From Mobula birostris (taxonomy: Eukaryota): DNA of 64,000 nt. A model generated the notes under the pieces. That model was not told where the DNA came from. It saw nothing but the letters and a program-made list of their open reading frames with translations, and ran no database searches. Shown here piece by piece: positions 36,325 through 49,628 of the stretch. The position numbers and the translations under genes are program-made. The stretch's first letter is position 1; each line of letters opens with the position of its first letter. The stretch spans positions 62,001 through 126,000 of the forward strand of contig NW_027278410.1 of assembly GCF_030028105.1 (NCBI RefSeq), given 5' to 3'.

Positions 36325-37383
36325 GGCCTGGAGATGACTGCTGAGGCTTCCTCCTCCCCCTCTGAAAGCTGCATCCCCTTCTATCCAACGGCCACCCCTA
36401 CTCACCTTTCCGTCCCTCTGCCCGAGCCCTGGCCCCACTACCCCCTGGCCCAGCCCTTGCCCCCACCTCCACCTGAGCCCTGGCTGCTGCCCCAAGGCCC
36501 TTGTCATGATTCCTCCCTGCCGCTGGGCTCTGGACCTGTGACGTGGGCAGGGGCCTGGGGTGGGTCCCAGCTGGAGGCTGCTCCATGCTTGAAGGCTGAG
36601 CCGGGACCAGGGCTAGAGCTGGATCTCAGGAGGACTGGGCCTGGGTCAGGGCCCGAGGCCAGAAAGGGACCCGGGACAGGCCTGAAGGCCGAATTGATGG
36701 GGACAGGGACAATTCTGGGTGTGGAGGCCAGGCTGGGCCTCAGGATTGGAGCTGGCCCAAAGGTTGAGTCAGGGTCTGGGACCGAGCTGGGCTTTAGGCC
36801 CAGTCTAGGCCAAAAGACCGAACATGAGGCTGGGATCGGACTAGGTCTCAGGGCTGGGACAGGACTTCGGTCTGGACTGGGCCTCGGGACAGGAACAGGC
36901 CTGAAGGGCCCTGCCAGACTAGGCCGGGAGACCTGCAGCCGTGACGAGCGACGGGCTCGAGCCCTGTGCATCCCCATTCCCACGGAAGCGATTGTGCAGC
37001 TACCAGTTGAGGAGTACAACGAGCTGCTGTCTAGGCACCGCCTGAGTGAGGCCCAGCTGGCCCTGGTAAGGGACATCCGCCGACGAGGCAAGAACAAGGT
37101 GGCAGCCCGGCACTGCCGACGTCGTAAGCTGGAGGCTGTGGCTCGGCTGCAGAGGGAGCTGGGTGGCCTACGGGGCCAGAGGGAGCGGCTGGCTGGCGAA
37201 CGTGAACGGGTGGGACGAGCCTTACTTCAGGCCCAGGCACGGCTGGCACAGCTTGGACAGCGGGTGCTGGCAGCTCTGCGGGACCCTGGCGGACAACCCT
37301 ACCCTCCTGGGCAGCTCTCCCTGCAGGTGGGGGCTGATGGGGGGGTGTTCCTGCTGCAGGAGGGGGCAGCAGGGAGTGAGTGA
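36325..37383 (+). CDS. NFE2: NFE2 last coding exon (CNC-bZIP)
   Basis: Acceptor TTTCAG|GGC CTG. CNC-basic region SRDERRARAL..QLALVRDIRRRGKNKVAA..CR, leucine zipper and C-terminal DGGVFL. The three exons total 1302 nt (433 aa). Synteny between COPZ1 and HNRNPA1. Confidence 0.93.
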   Translation, partial: GLEMTAEASSSPSESCIPFYPTATPTHLSVPLPEPWPHYPLAQPLPPPPPEPWLLPQGPCHDSSLPLGSGPVTWAGAWGGSQLEAAPCLKAEPGPGLELDLRRTGPGSGPEARKGPGTGLKAELMGTGTILGVEARLGLRIGAGPKVESGSGTELGFRPSLGQKTEHEAGIGLGLRAGTGLRSGLGLGTGTGLKGPARLGRETCSRDERRARALCIPIPTEAIVQLPVEEYNELLSRHRLSEAQLALVRDIRRRGKNKVAARHCRRRKLEAVARLQRELGGLRGQRERLAGERERVGRALLQAQARLAQLGQRVLAALRDPGGQPYPPGQLSLQVGADGGVFLLQEGAAGSE

Positions 37384-39170
37384 GTGCAGTATAGAGTAGA
37401 GCCTACATGCTGCAGTTTGGGTCAAGAGGGGGAAATGGGGAGGGAGGGGACAGAGTGGGGGAGAGGTAGGAGACTAAGGGGACAGAGGAGGGGAGGGAAG
37501 GGGAAGGAAACAAGGGGAGGGGAAGAGAAGAATTTCAGAAGGGTCTGAGTGATATGGGGGATAAGGCAAGGGAGAAGAGGCCCAGGCAAACATACCTCTT
37601 CCTGATGTTCACCCTGCAGGTGTAGGCCCTGGGAGAAGGGGGGAGTGGGTGAAGGGCAGACTGAGGGGTGGTGGGAGATGTATAGGGATGGGAAGTAAGG
37701 CAATCTTATTGCTTCCTTGGGTGTGGGACAGGGAGGGGAGGGTAGAGTAGGTGAGTGTGACTACCTGCTATGGTGGACTCCCTGCCTTCTTGCTCCCCCT
37801 CCCTCCATGGGCCTGGGGAACAAGAGATGTAAGACACAGGGGCCCGGTCCCACATTAGGAAGTGACAGACCAGGAACAAAGTTGGAATACGTATTAGCTT
37901 AACCTCTACCCCCCCCACTCCCACTCTGCAGAGCTGTATACTACCAGTGAACATCACTATTGTATATGTATGTTAATATAAAAATATATTTCTTGCAACC
38001 AAAGACTCTTTCTTCTGATATCATTAGTGTGACAGAATTGCAGCAATGGAGAACATAGTGCCCTATGGAATTTTGGAGTACAGGAACAGACAGCTTGGTG
38101 AAAGTGTTTGGCACACTGGCCTTCATCAATTAGGGCACTAAGCACAAGAGTTGGGAGTTGTATGAGACATTTGTAAAGTCTTTGTGTTCAGTTTTGGTCA
38201 GTGTTGAGATACAAAAAAAGAGGGACCCAAGCCAGACTAGCTGAGGCAGGCATCTTAGGTTATCATGGACTAGTTGAGCTGAAGGGCCAGTTTCCATACT
38301 GAGATTTAACCAAACTTATGATTGTTTTCTTCCACCCAGATGGTCCATATATGAGAACAAGCTGCCAGGGATAAACATCCTTCATTCATTGCATGATCAA
38401 CAGATCACAGATAAGAGTACAACCAGAGCACTCTGTAGCCTACTCACCCAAATTTCCATCTGCAATGTTTGGCCTACATTTCCATCCCTACCTATGGACC
38501 TGTCTGAGGGAGCATAGGCTTTCATTAGTTATGGGATGAAACTCAAACACCAGCCTAATCCCACTCTCATAATCCAACAACTTTAAGGAATTAGATTAAG
38601 ACATTAAAAGTGTGGCCAGGTCATTGATAGGACAAATGAAGTTATTCCCTGATGAGCCATCTATAGGGAAGAGATCAAATTGGGGATAGCAGTAGGACTT
38701 TACCCACAGTGGTGTATACCATATCCACTGCCAGCCTGTGTTAACACTGACTGGTAACCCCTTATACTGAGAACCACTCCACTTGTGATTCTCCCTCCCA
38801 CAATTCATTGGACACAGAGACTGCCTCTTAGATAACCCTGACCTCCAGTAAAAGGTAAAGCCAATGAGATAAATCAAGTGGTCTATCCAACTTTTAACCT
38901 GTTCCCATCAATGATGGCATCTTTCAGTACAGAAACAGACCCTTGGGCCTCACTCATCTTTGTCTAAGGTCCTTTTCAATACCAATGTTCCGACCTCAGC
39001 TATATTTCCATATATGGACTATGCTCCAGGTAAAAAGGACCCCAATGCCATTTTTCTGCAAAAGATAATTTAAGTACAAGGAGCAGCATCATTGGTTAGC
39101 AAGAAAGCATCAGAACAGTAATAAAAGCATTGACTATGTACAAGGCATTGGTGTGTGTTCTGGTTAAACT

Positions 39171-39176
39171 TTTATT
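39171..39176 (-). terminator. Candidate distal poly(A) signal AATAAA of HNRNPA1
   Basis: TTTATT on + strand at the end of a repeat-free, U-rich minus-strand block. Confidence 0.5.
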
Positions 39177-41254
39177 TTGATATATTCTGGACATGCACCA
39201 ACTAATTAATATAACCAGTAAATAAATTTGTCTACTTTCACCCCAAAAAGCTACATGTTATACAGCTGCACAAACCACATACTACCCCAAGACCACTGCT
39301 CCAATGACACTGGCCATTCCAAAGGCCCCCCCCAAACACTGCACAAAATACAACATACATACACAAAGGAATAATCTGACCTTTATTGTTTTACAAAGAA
39401 TTAACATTCAGAAAAACATCTGCACAGCAGCTACAGGAGAAAGAATACATAGTATTGAATGTTGTGTGAATACCCTCTGTCCAGAAGAGGGAACATCCAG
39501 GATTATGGAGCCAAATTAAAAACCATTATCAGCTCCCACCAGCCTTCACCTGTTGGGAGAAAAACAAGACGGTCATTACTGAAGACAGACCAGGTGTGCA
39601 AGCACAGATTAGTGAGTACTGATCTGCATCAATCCCTTAACAGTACAAGCTTGTATCCTGTCTGCAGTATGATGTAGATTGAGGTCACATCCAGTTGTAT
39701 GTACACTAGGTGTACATTCAATAGTCCCTTGAGCTTCATGTTTCATCATTTTTATAGAAAAGCTGGTTAGCTCTTTAGTTTCATAGTCACTTGCAGAGCA
39801 GCTGTAACCAAGCCATTAAGCATCCAGTTGGGATGTTTCAACTTGAGGGTCGGCAGAAATGCTCTATTTCTTTCGTCTCCTGGGGAAGTGAAGGCACTGA
39901 TAAGCTTTGTTGGCCATCACACCTAGATTGTTGATTATGAACCAATTCCAATTCACATACATACCTTGAGGACATATACTGCCAGGGAGTACAAGTGCAG
40001 CCCACAATCTGCTGTATGGTGATCCCTCCAGACATTACCTGCAAGCAACAAGGGGCAATCAAGCCTCCAGCTTGGTAGAACAGGCCAGATGAAGCTTTCC
40101 CGCTACTGAAATCACCCGTGTTTTTTTTTTTTAAAAACATCAAAATAAAAGTAAGATGAAATCCAGCCTTACCTATTGAAAGCAACGGCCCTGGGAAGTC
40201 TGCCTGCCTGCTTTAGTCTTAGTGGTAGCAAGGCTTCTGGCTGTGCTAGCCCTGAACTGCTGGCCTCCCATGGCGCAGCCCTCAACGCTAGCCTCCAGTA
40301 ACAACAAGTCCGAGGAACTACAAACGCGAGAACAAAGCTGGCCTCTGCTGATGCTGCTCCTGACCCTCGGACACAGGAGTACGCTCGTAGCTTCTAAGTC
40401 TAGACTTCTCCTCTGCTGCTGCTGAAGCTGATGCCGTCCGGTGTCCTGCCTCGTCCTATCTCTCGAGCCAAGAGCCGAAGGTAGCACACGCACTCACACA
40501 CACACAGTTTCTTTTAAAGCAGCATGACTTTCCTCCGCCGACTTCGCTGCAGGCAACTGGGTCTGATTACACATCAGGCCTCCTTCGAAATCCTGACTGC
40601 TGCTATTGCACAAAATTCTGGAAGTGGGGTGATGAGTGCAAGCAGGAATCTCTTTAAAAGGTCCCAGACCCCACATCCAGTGGGGAAGGTCAAGTCTGGG
40701 GCAGTAGATCCCCATTTGACCTGGCATCTTAACTACTTTAAAGCAGCGAAACATTTTTTTGGGCCTGACAGAATGGGTGGGGGTTGGAAGCAGGATAGTG
40801 TTTATACTTGGACCAAGCTCTATTACATACATTTGATGTCACTTGGGCTGTACTCACTGGAGCTGAGAATGATCAGGGGGGAGGGGGGGTCTCACTGAAA
40901 CATATTTAAAGGTGGATCAGTGGAACAGACTGTCTATTTGTGAAGGCCAGAGTATGATGCATTACCAGGCAGCTGGGCAGGCCAAGTCATTGGTTATCTA
41001 CCAGCAAAAGCTGACAAGGTCTTGATTAGTAAGGGTGTCAACAGTTAAAAGGAATAGACAGGCTGCCTTCTATCACATTCAGAAGGGTCCCTGTATTGAA
41101 CACTTGCATGTGGAGCAGGCAGGAAGAGATGGGGCATGGATGGCAGCTTCTGATAGAAGTATGGAAACATTGGCTGAGGACCAAAGCTAAGTGACAAAAG
41201 CAGTAAGGGACATCTGGCATAAAGCTCAAACAAAACAGACTACCTGCAGGACTA

Positions 41255-41477
41255 GTCAATGGAATTTTTTTTTTTATTCTTAATCATAATCACAACTAAT
41301 ACATTTATCACTTGAAAACTGGAGCAATAAAATCAAAGTTTGTCTAGCAAAGACTCACTGGAATGTTTGTTGTACACTTCCAGAAGGGAATAGGAAAAAA
41401 GTTCACTATAAAATAACCTGTTCAACAGTTTATCAAAATAACACAGTCCTTAAGCAGATAACCATGCACATGGGTTT

Positions 41478-41526
<49 letters not shown>

Positions 41527-41685
41527 TTATGAGATCAAACACTGACTTTTCTGACTAAAACAAAGGACATTTTCTTCCGGAAGCAGTTGTACCCTGCGCT
41601 TGGCTGAGATTTGTATTGTAGTAACCTGCTGGCTCTCTCCCTGTCACAACTCCTGGCTCATCCTCTCCTGCTAAGTACTGTATTC
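41255..41685 (-). other. HNRNPA1: HNRNPA1 non-coding 3'UTR exon (exon 10 equivalent)
   Basis: Acceptor CAACAG| then GAATACAGTACTTAGCAGGAGAGGATGAGCCAG..., strongly resembling the human 3'UTR CTTAGCAGGAGAGGAGAGCCAG. Confidence 0.8.
41273..41278 (-). terminator. Candidate proximal poly(A) signal AATAAA of HNRNPA1
   Basis: TTTATT on +; position comparable to the proximal signal in the human 3'UTR. Confidence 0.6.
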
Positions 41686-42156
41686 CTGTTGAACAACATG
41701 GGATAGAATTATTATATCGTGCATTTCCTAAAACGAGTTTTCTTAACAGTAAGCGGAGGGGCAGCGGGAAGCCAAAGCAGTGCTGCCACTCTCCTACCCT
41801 CCCACCCCCCACTCCCACAATATTAAAGCATTCATTTACCTACTAAATCCCAGCACCACAGGATGAAACTGACTACTTCAGAAGTGGCACCGAGACCCAA
41901 ATGAAGGAACAGTGGATGCTGCATACAAGATACCCCACCTTTCCCCATCGCAACTTCTGGATTTCACTTCTCCTGAAGGCCAGGAGTGCCTGCAGCTGTA
42001 AACTGGGGAGAGAGAGCCTGTTGCCCATCTATGGCAGGCTCTGCTTTGTCACTCCCCTCACTTCCACCCCCACACCAGCCCAGCCATGCCAACCAGGACA
42101 CAAAAATCACTCCAAGTTCCCAAATCACTCCAGCAGAACGCACCTGCAACATAAAA

Positions 42157-42206
42157 CTAGAACCTCCGGCCAAAGGAACCTCCACCACTGGAGCCACTGT
42201 AGTTAC
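42157..42206 (-). CDS. HNRNPA1: HNRNPA1 last coding exon (GNYSGSSGGGSFGRRF*)
   Basis: Acceptor CTGCAG; family-typical RRF* end; donor CAG|GTGCGT 13 nt after the stop. Total CDS 1095 nt. Confidence 0.9.
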
Positions 42207-42417
42207 CTGCAGGAGGGAAAAACTGGTTAGTCAGAGCAAGGGAAGCAAACCTTTGAGCTCAAGCAACCTTCTTAAAGTTCTCCCCTAGTAGATTTGAACA
42301 GATTCTAATTGATTACTCATGAACTGGAAGCAATTTGGACAATAAGCCACAGGCCAAATGCAAAGTTCAAATCACAAGGCCAAGTGTGCTGTTTCTCAGA
42401 ACAGCTATTACTTTTCA

Positions 42418-42765
<348 letters not shown>

Positions 42766-42994
42766 TCACAGCTGTGGGGGGGGGGGGGGGGAGAGAAAGA
42801 CTATATGTCTCTTTCAGTAAAGAGTAAAGGCAGTTTCCTACTCATGGAAAACAAAAAGATGGAAGATTTTTTAAGAGTGGGGGTGGTTAAGAGAATGAAA
42901 CAGGTACATGAACACATATGGATAGGGTAAAAGAGACAGGGTGAATGAAAGGCCAAACACAGGCTCAAGACGTGTGAGAGGTTGGCAAACTCAC

Positions 42995-43162
42995 CACCAC
43001 CAAATCCACCATTGTAGCCATCATAACCTCCTCCACCACCTCCACCTCCGCTGCCATAGCCGCCGCCGCCACCTCCACCCTGGTTGCCATAGCTGGGGCT
43101 GCCACCATATCCAGGACCACCTCTGCCACCACCGCCGTAGCCACCTCCACCATAGCCACCAC
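42995..43162 (-). CDS. HNRNPA1: HNRNPA1 exon 7B equivalent (Gly-rich, 168 nt, frame-preserving)
   Basis: GGYGGGGYGGGGRGGPGYGGSPSYGNQGG...; CAG acceptor, GTGAGT donor. Confidence 0.9.
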
Positions 43163-43203
43163 CTGCATGAGGGATACAAAGTTGCATTTAATCACTGGAC
43201 TCA

Positions 43204-43368
<165 letters not shown>

Positions 43369-43409
43369 CTACTCAAGATCCCCACTTCCCAGAGACCTAA
43401 ACACCTTAC

Positions 43410-43505
43410 CTCGGCTGTTGAAGTTCCCTCCTCCACCACGGCCACCAAAGTTGCCCCCAGAATTGTTGAAGTTGCCTCTACCGAAGTTGCCAGAACTGCC
43501 TCGAC
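43410..43505 (-). CDS. HNRNPA1: HNRNPA1 exon 6 (RGG box)
   Basis: GRGSSGNFGRGNFNNSGGNFGGRGGGGNFNSR; CAG acceptor, GTAAGG donor. Confidence 0.92.
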
Positions 43506-43663
43506 CTGGAATTTAAGGAGTGGGTAGGAAGAGAAGTGGAGACTGCATTTGAGTGGGACAGTACAAGAACAAACCCTTTCAGATCTTGCACCCAGACCAG
43601 ACCCATTTGCCAGGGAAGGCTAGTGCACAAGGGACATTTATGAATGTGGATGTTAAAAACTCA

Positions 43664-43780
<117 letters not shown>

Positions 43781-43844
43781 TTAAAAAAAAAAAGCAATAA
43801 ACAGCAGTTCTTGCCATAACCCCAACCCCACACACCTACTGCTA

Positions 43845-44087
<243 letters not shown>

Positions 44088-44171
44088 TTACTAGACACTA
44101 CACTGATGCACTCTTACCATCAAGGTGGCACTGCTACCTGAAGACCCACAAAATTAAGGAACAGCTTTTCA

Positions 44172-44661
<490 letters not shown>

Positions 44662-46187
44662 TTAGTATACCCAGCATCTGGGAACAAAAAAATGACCATA
44701 GACAGGCTTGGCAATGCAAGTGCTTGTACAGTTTAACTTGCACTCTGCTGCAGAACCAAATAGTCACTAATCAATCCAAGTGATTCCATCAGAAATTAAT
44801 GAACAGTTTCTTCATCTCCAGATTGTAAAACAAGTTTACAACCCAGAAACAAATCACCCCTCTGATAAATGTTTACTCACTAGAGAGACAATCTATGCAT
44901 TCTGAAGCCTGGAGCATAAGAGAGTGTCAACTTATATTGGTTCTTGATCGTCCAAAAATTCAGCATGGAATTTAAACTGGAGATGTATTGCCTTGCATCT
45001 CAACCCCAGCGGCTCCAGTCTACACCCACAGGAGATTACGATCTCCAACACTAACATAATCATTAACTTAACAAAAAGACAAGGAATCGTTACACACGAA
45101 GCAACTGGGAATAATTAAGCCAATCCCAAACGGGGTAATGGCATTCAAAAAGGCCCCGTGGCTATTAGACGGAACTCCGACTCCCATGAAGAACAGCGCC
45201 GCCTGCAGTAAAAGGAGAGGCGACATGCCACCATTTTGAGGTCAGTTGGACGGAGACACGAGGGCCGGGGGGCAGAGGAACCGGAGTGGGAGAAGGGGGG
45301 GGCGGAATAAAGTGATGAGGGCTGGATAGACCCAGCCTCTCATTTCAGTGGCTGTATGGCGAAGTGGGAGAAGGTCGGCAGCGTACTCACACGCCCCCAT
45401 GGTCCCCGAAGACTGGGTGGGGTGGCGAGCCGCCATTTTAAGACGAGCTGCCGCCAGTCACAGGACAATAAGAACGAACGGGCGGAACTTACGAACATTT
45501 TCATGCAATGAACAGCCATTTCGTCAGGGGAGACTGACGGATACATCAAACCTCACTTTTTTTGAGGAAAAAAAAAATCAATATCCCACTATACCATTGC
45601 CGTTTGAAATAGGTGGATTGAATCCGAACAGTATTTCTGAAACGGACACTGGCGAAGTCCGAAAAAGTAGACTAATGTTGTCAGACCTGGGGTTTCTCAC
45701 TAGTTACATTGTGTGAAGATAGCGGATCTGCCATGTGACACAGACGGGTTGGAAGATGTCGCCATGTTGGCGAGACGACCGATCGGAGGACAAAAATTTG
45801 GTCGTGAATAGACAGGGCGAGAATCCTCCCACGACCGATACAGATTATGTATTAATAGGGGAGCGGGACTCTCCCTCAGACTTTAGAGGCACTGGAGTGA
45901 AGCTTATGTGGCGTCTAAAGATAGGCCGCCATTTTGAGAACATTCTCTTTTGGTAACCACTACCAAGCGAAACTTCTTTCTAGCAAAAGATAACACCAAC
46001 CTACCCGTGAATAGCAACAAAAAAAGTACATATACATTTGAAGGAGTAACTAAAGTGAATGTAGGAAAGGGAAAGCTCCAGACCATAACAGCCCACTGGC
46101 TTAATGGCGGCTACCTATTCTTTGCTGCGTCATTGCTCATCAAGGAAAAGGAGACGGTGAGGTAGTAAAGAAAAATACATCACTCAC

Positions 46188-46193
46188 CTCCAT
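46188..46193 (-). CDS. HNRNPA1: HNRNPA1 exon 1 coding part (ME)
   Basis: GAT ATG GAG|GTGAGT about 150 nt downstream of a TATA box; phase 0 fits exon 2. Confidence 0.85.
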
Positions 46194-46299
46194 ATCGCGT
46201 TCGTATGAGGGCGCCGTCTTGCCTGATTTACGTGGGGCCACCGTCGGGAGAAAAAAATTATTTCGTAAGAGAAAAAGAACCTCAACCAACAGTTCGCAC

Positions 46300-47020
46300 C
46301 GTCGACAACAGGGCAAGAGACCGAAGCGCGCTGGCGCCACAGTTTATATAGGGCTTCGAAACTTCACGCCCCCTCCCTCCTATTGGTGGGACGGAGCTCT
46401 TCCACTGCCAACTGTCGTGGGGGGGACGGACTATGGCACCTTCTATTGGCTGGTCGGTGTCGTATCACCGCCCTCTCGGACCCCCCCATTCTCCCGCCTT
46501 TTCTCCCCACGTGGGCGGGCGGGGCACCACGCCTGCGCAGCTGCCTGCGGTGGGTTGGCGCCAGCGAGTGGAGAAGGAGGGGGAGGGGGACGGATTTTTT
46601 TTTTTGGCGGGTTCCGCAGAACGAGAGGAGTCGGCGCTGAGAAGCGATATAAAAATACATAAAAGCAACGTTTATCTTCGCCTTTCACGAAGTGGCCCAA
46701 GGTTCTTTTCCTCTAGGGAACAGGTAAACAGAGTAAAAGCGGTGCGCTTATTGGCGGCGGTAATCGTTGTTACTGTTGTTTATTGTCGCGCCGGAGGTCG
46801 GTTGGATGAAGGGGGGGTGGATTGGTAGGCCGCGTCGCTCACTTGATGGGCAGTCAATGGCTACACCTCTTTTCCTGCCCCTTCCCTTGATTGACAACTC
46901 GGCCTCCCGCTGTACTCCTGTTGAGACTGATGGACAGCGGGCACTGGCCAATAGCCACTGGTCTTCTGTCGCTGTCTACCAATCGGGTTTGAGACAAGTG
47001 CTGGAGGTGGGCTGTAAATT
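46300..47020. promoter_or_regulatory. Bidirectional CpG-island promoter of HNRNPA1 and CBX5
   Basis: TATATAAA on - at 46343-46350; CCAAT/ATTGG boxes at about 46382, 46445, 46750, 46821, 46948 and 46979; GC boxes; divergent gene layout. Confidence 0.8.
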
Positions 47021-48849
47021 CTCCCTCATTGTCCATCACTCTTCTCTGTACTAGCCCCACCCTCCTTTCACCCCCCCTCCCCTTGGCGGCGATACCTTGT
47101 GTACGCCGTTTTTCTGGAAGATTCTGTAGCAGGGGAGGGTCTTGTGGGGTTGCAAGGAGGCATGGAGTTTGTGAATGCAGCGAAATAAACGTTTTTTCAA
47201 AGGTTTCCCTTCCCCCTCCTTTATTCCAATATATGGCTAAAAACTATTCATGAGATGGATTGGACGCATTGTTCTGTCTATGGCGCGTTTAAATTGAGTT
47301 GCGAATTATACACCGTTATGTTTTTCTTAAATATAAAAAAAACGGTCGTAAAATGCATATTCACCCTGAATGGCTTGAGTTTGAGATTACGTGGAGTGTT
47401 TTGCAAAAGTTGCAAACTTGATTTTGATAAATTCCACCACGCACTTGTATTGACACGGTTTCATTTGTTGTATTGACCTTTCCTGTTTTATTAAAGTCCC
47501 TAACTTTTTCAAACGCATTTGTAACACATTCCTTGTTAAACTTGCGTTAATCGATAGTATGTGATGGGGTTTGTATTCTTCGTAAAGCATGTCGTTCCCT
47601 TTCCAAGGATCTGTAACGCCAAGCAGGAATGTTCTAATTAATCAAAATAATTGTTTTTTAATAAGCCTCTAAATGTAGCAGTAGATTGCAGGTAACATGT
47701 TAACTAATTTTTGAATTTTATCTGGCAGTCTGCAGTCTAATAAATTACCAGAATTTAGCTGGTCAAGCAGCATTCCTGGAGGTTAACTATTTTTTTGTGT
47801 TTTTTAAGGATTAAGGTGTTCCTAGAAAAAGATTTGCACACAACTTCGATAACAGCTGTTTGCAGTGTTTCCTACGGTAAATGGTGCCACTCCTTCACAT
47901 TAATGTACTGATATCCTATATTCTGTTCTTGTTTTTCCCTTGTGCTACCTCAATGTTTGGAATGATTTGTATAAGTGGCATGCAAGCTATACGTGTGGCA
48001 ATATAAACCAATTGCATGAAAAGTCCTGGGGTCCAAGTCATTGTTTGGGGCATGAGTGTAAAAGTTTGCAAATCACAATGGAGCTTTATAACACTCTCAT
48101 CAGCCCACATGGTTTCCTTTTGAAATTGGCTTATTACTGTCGCACATAGCGAGATACAGTGAAGAGCTTTTCTGTTCATTACAGTGTATTGAAGCAGTAC
48201 AAGGTAAAATAATAGAATATAGAATAAAGTGTTACAGCTACAGAGAAAGTGTGGTACAGGCAAGGTAATAATAAGGGAGTTTGTGAGGCCAAGAGTCCAT
48301 ATTATCATGCAAGAGGTCTGTTTAAGAGTGAAACAGCGGGATAGAATCTGTCCTTGAGGTTGGTGGTATGTGCTTTCAGGCTTTTGTATCTTCTGTTCGA
48401 TGGGAGAGGAATAAAGGCATAGATTATTTTCTAAATGGGGAGAAAATTCAAAAATCAGAGGTGCAAATGTTCTTGGGAGTCCTCGTGCAGGATTCCCTAA
48501 AGGTTAACCAGCAGGCTGAGACAGTGCAAGTGCAATGTTAGTTGTTTCGAGAGCACTAGAATATAACAACAGGGATGTAATTCTGAGTTTTTAGTCATGC
48601 TGCACTTGGTGTATTGTGAGCAGTTTTGGGCCCCAGAACCCTTAATTCCCCTACTATGCAAAAATCTATCTAACCTTGTCTTAGATATATTTACTGAGGT
48701 AGCCTCCACTGCTTCATTGGGCAGAGAATTCCACAGATTCACCACCTTCTGGGAAAAGCAGTTCCTCCTCAACTTCATCGTAAATTTACTCCCCCGAATC
48801 TTGAGGCTATCCCTCCTAGTTCTAGTCTCACCAGTGAAAACAGCTTTCC

Positions 48850-49628
48850 TGCTGAAGCTGGAAAAGCATTTCCAAAGCCCTGAGTGTTCATCAGTAAGAG
48901 AAATTACTTACAAATGGAGGAAACTCAGTACTGCTGCTGCTCTCCCTAGGAGTGAGTGAGTTGCAAAGAGCAAGGGCATAAGGTGCAAAGCTGAAGGAGG
49001 TGAAAAAGAACCCAAAGTTATCAGCAAAAGACCTGCAGAAATTTCTAGAACTTGTCTGTTTGTGTCTCAAGTTTGTAAAAGACCACCTGGGTGTTTTACA
49101 ACGCTTCTAGGACAATGTTCTGTGGACAGGGGAGACAAAAATTGAACTTTTTTTTGCAGAAATGCCCACTGCTGTGTTTGGGGGGGGGGGGTGCAATGCA
49201 CACCAAAACCTCATTCTAACTGGAGCATGGTGGAAGGAGCATCATGGTTTGGGGCTCTTTTGCTGCCTCAGGGCCTGTACAACTTGCAGTCGTTGAGGGA
49301 ATAATGAATTTCAAAATTAAATCGAGGTATTTTATAGGAGAATGTCAGGGTAGTGCTTCATCACCTGAAGCTTAATGTTCGGTGGAGGTTATTGCTCCTA
49401 AAGGAGGTTCTACCAGTTGTTAAATAGAAGGGTTCACATACTTTTTCTAGCCCGGACTGTGAATAATTAAACAATATGTTTAATAAGGACATGAAAATGA
49501 TTGTGTTGGTTTTGGTAGATTGTGTTGGTCTATTATTGTGACTTGGATGAAGATCAGACTACACTTTCAGCAATTAATGCAGGAAACCAGGTAATTGCAA
49601 AAGGTTCACTATCTTTTTCTTGCAGCTG
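48850..49628 (+). mobile_element. Decayed Tc1-like transposon (transposase remnant and right terminal repeat)
   Basis: Tc1-type remnants (KWRK..T..LPRS; VLWT.ETKIELF; HGGRSIMVWG.FAA); ends ...GCAGCTG followed by TA. Confidence 0.75.

Noticed and set aside
39640-39760. Possible C/D snoRNA (ATGATGA on -) and an 8-bp hairpin ATGTACAC-TAG-GTGTACAT at 39699-39717
   Set aside because: No properly placed D box or terminal stem; the short hairpin may be chance.
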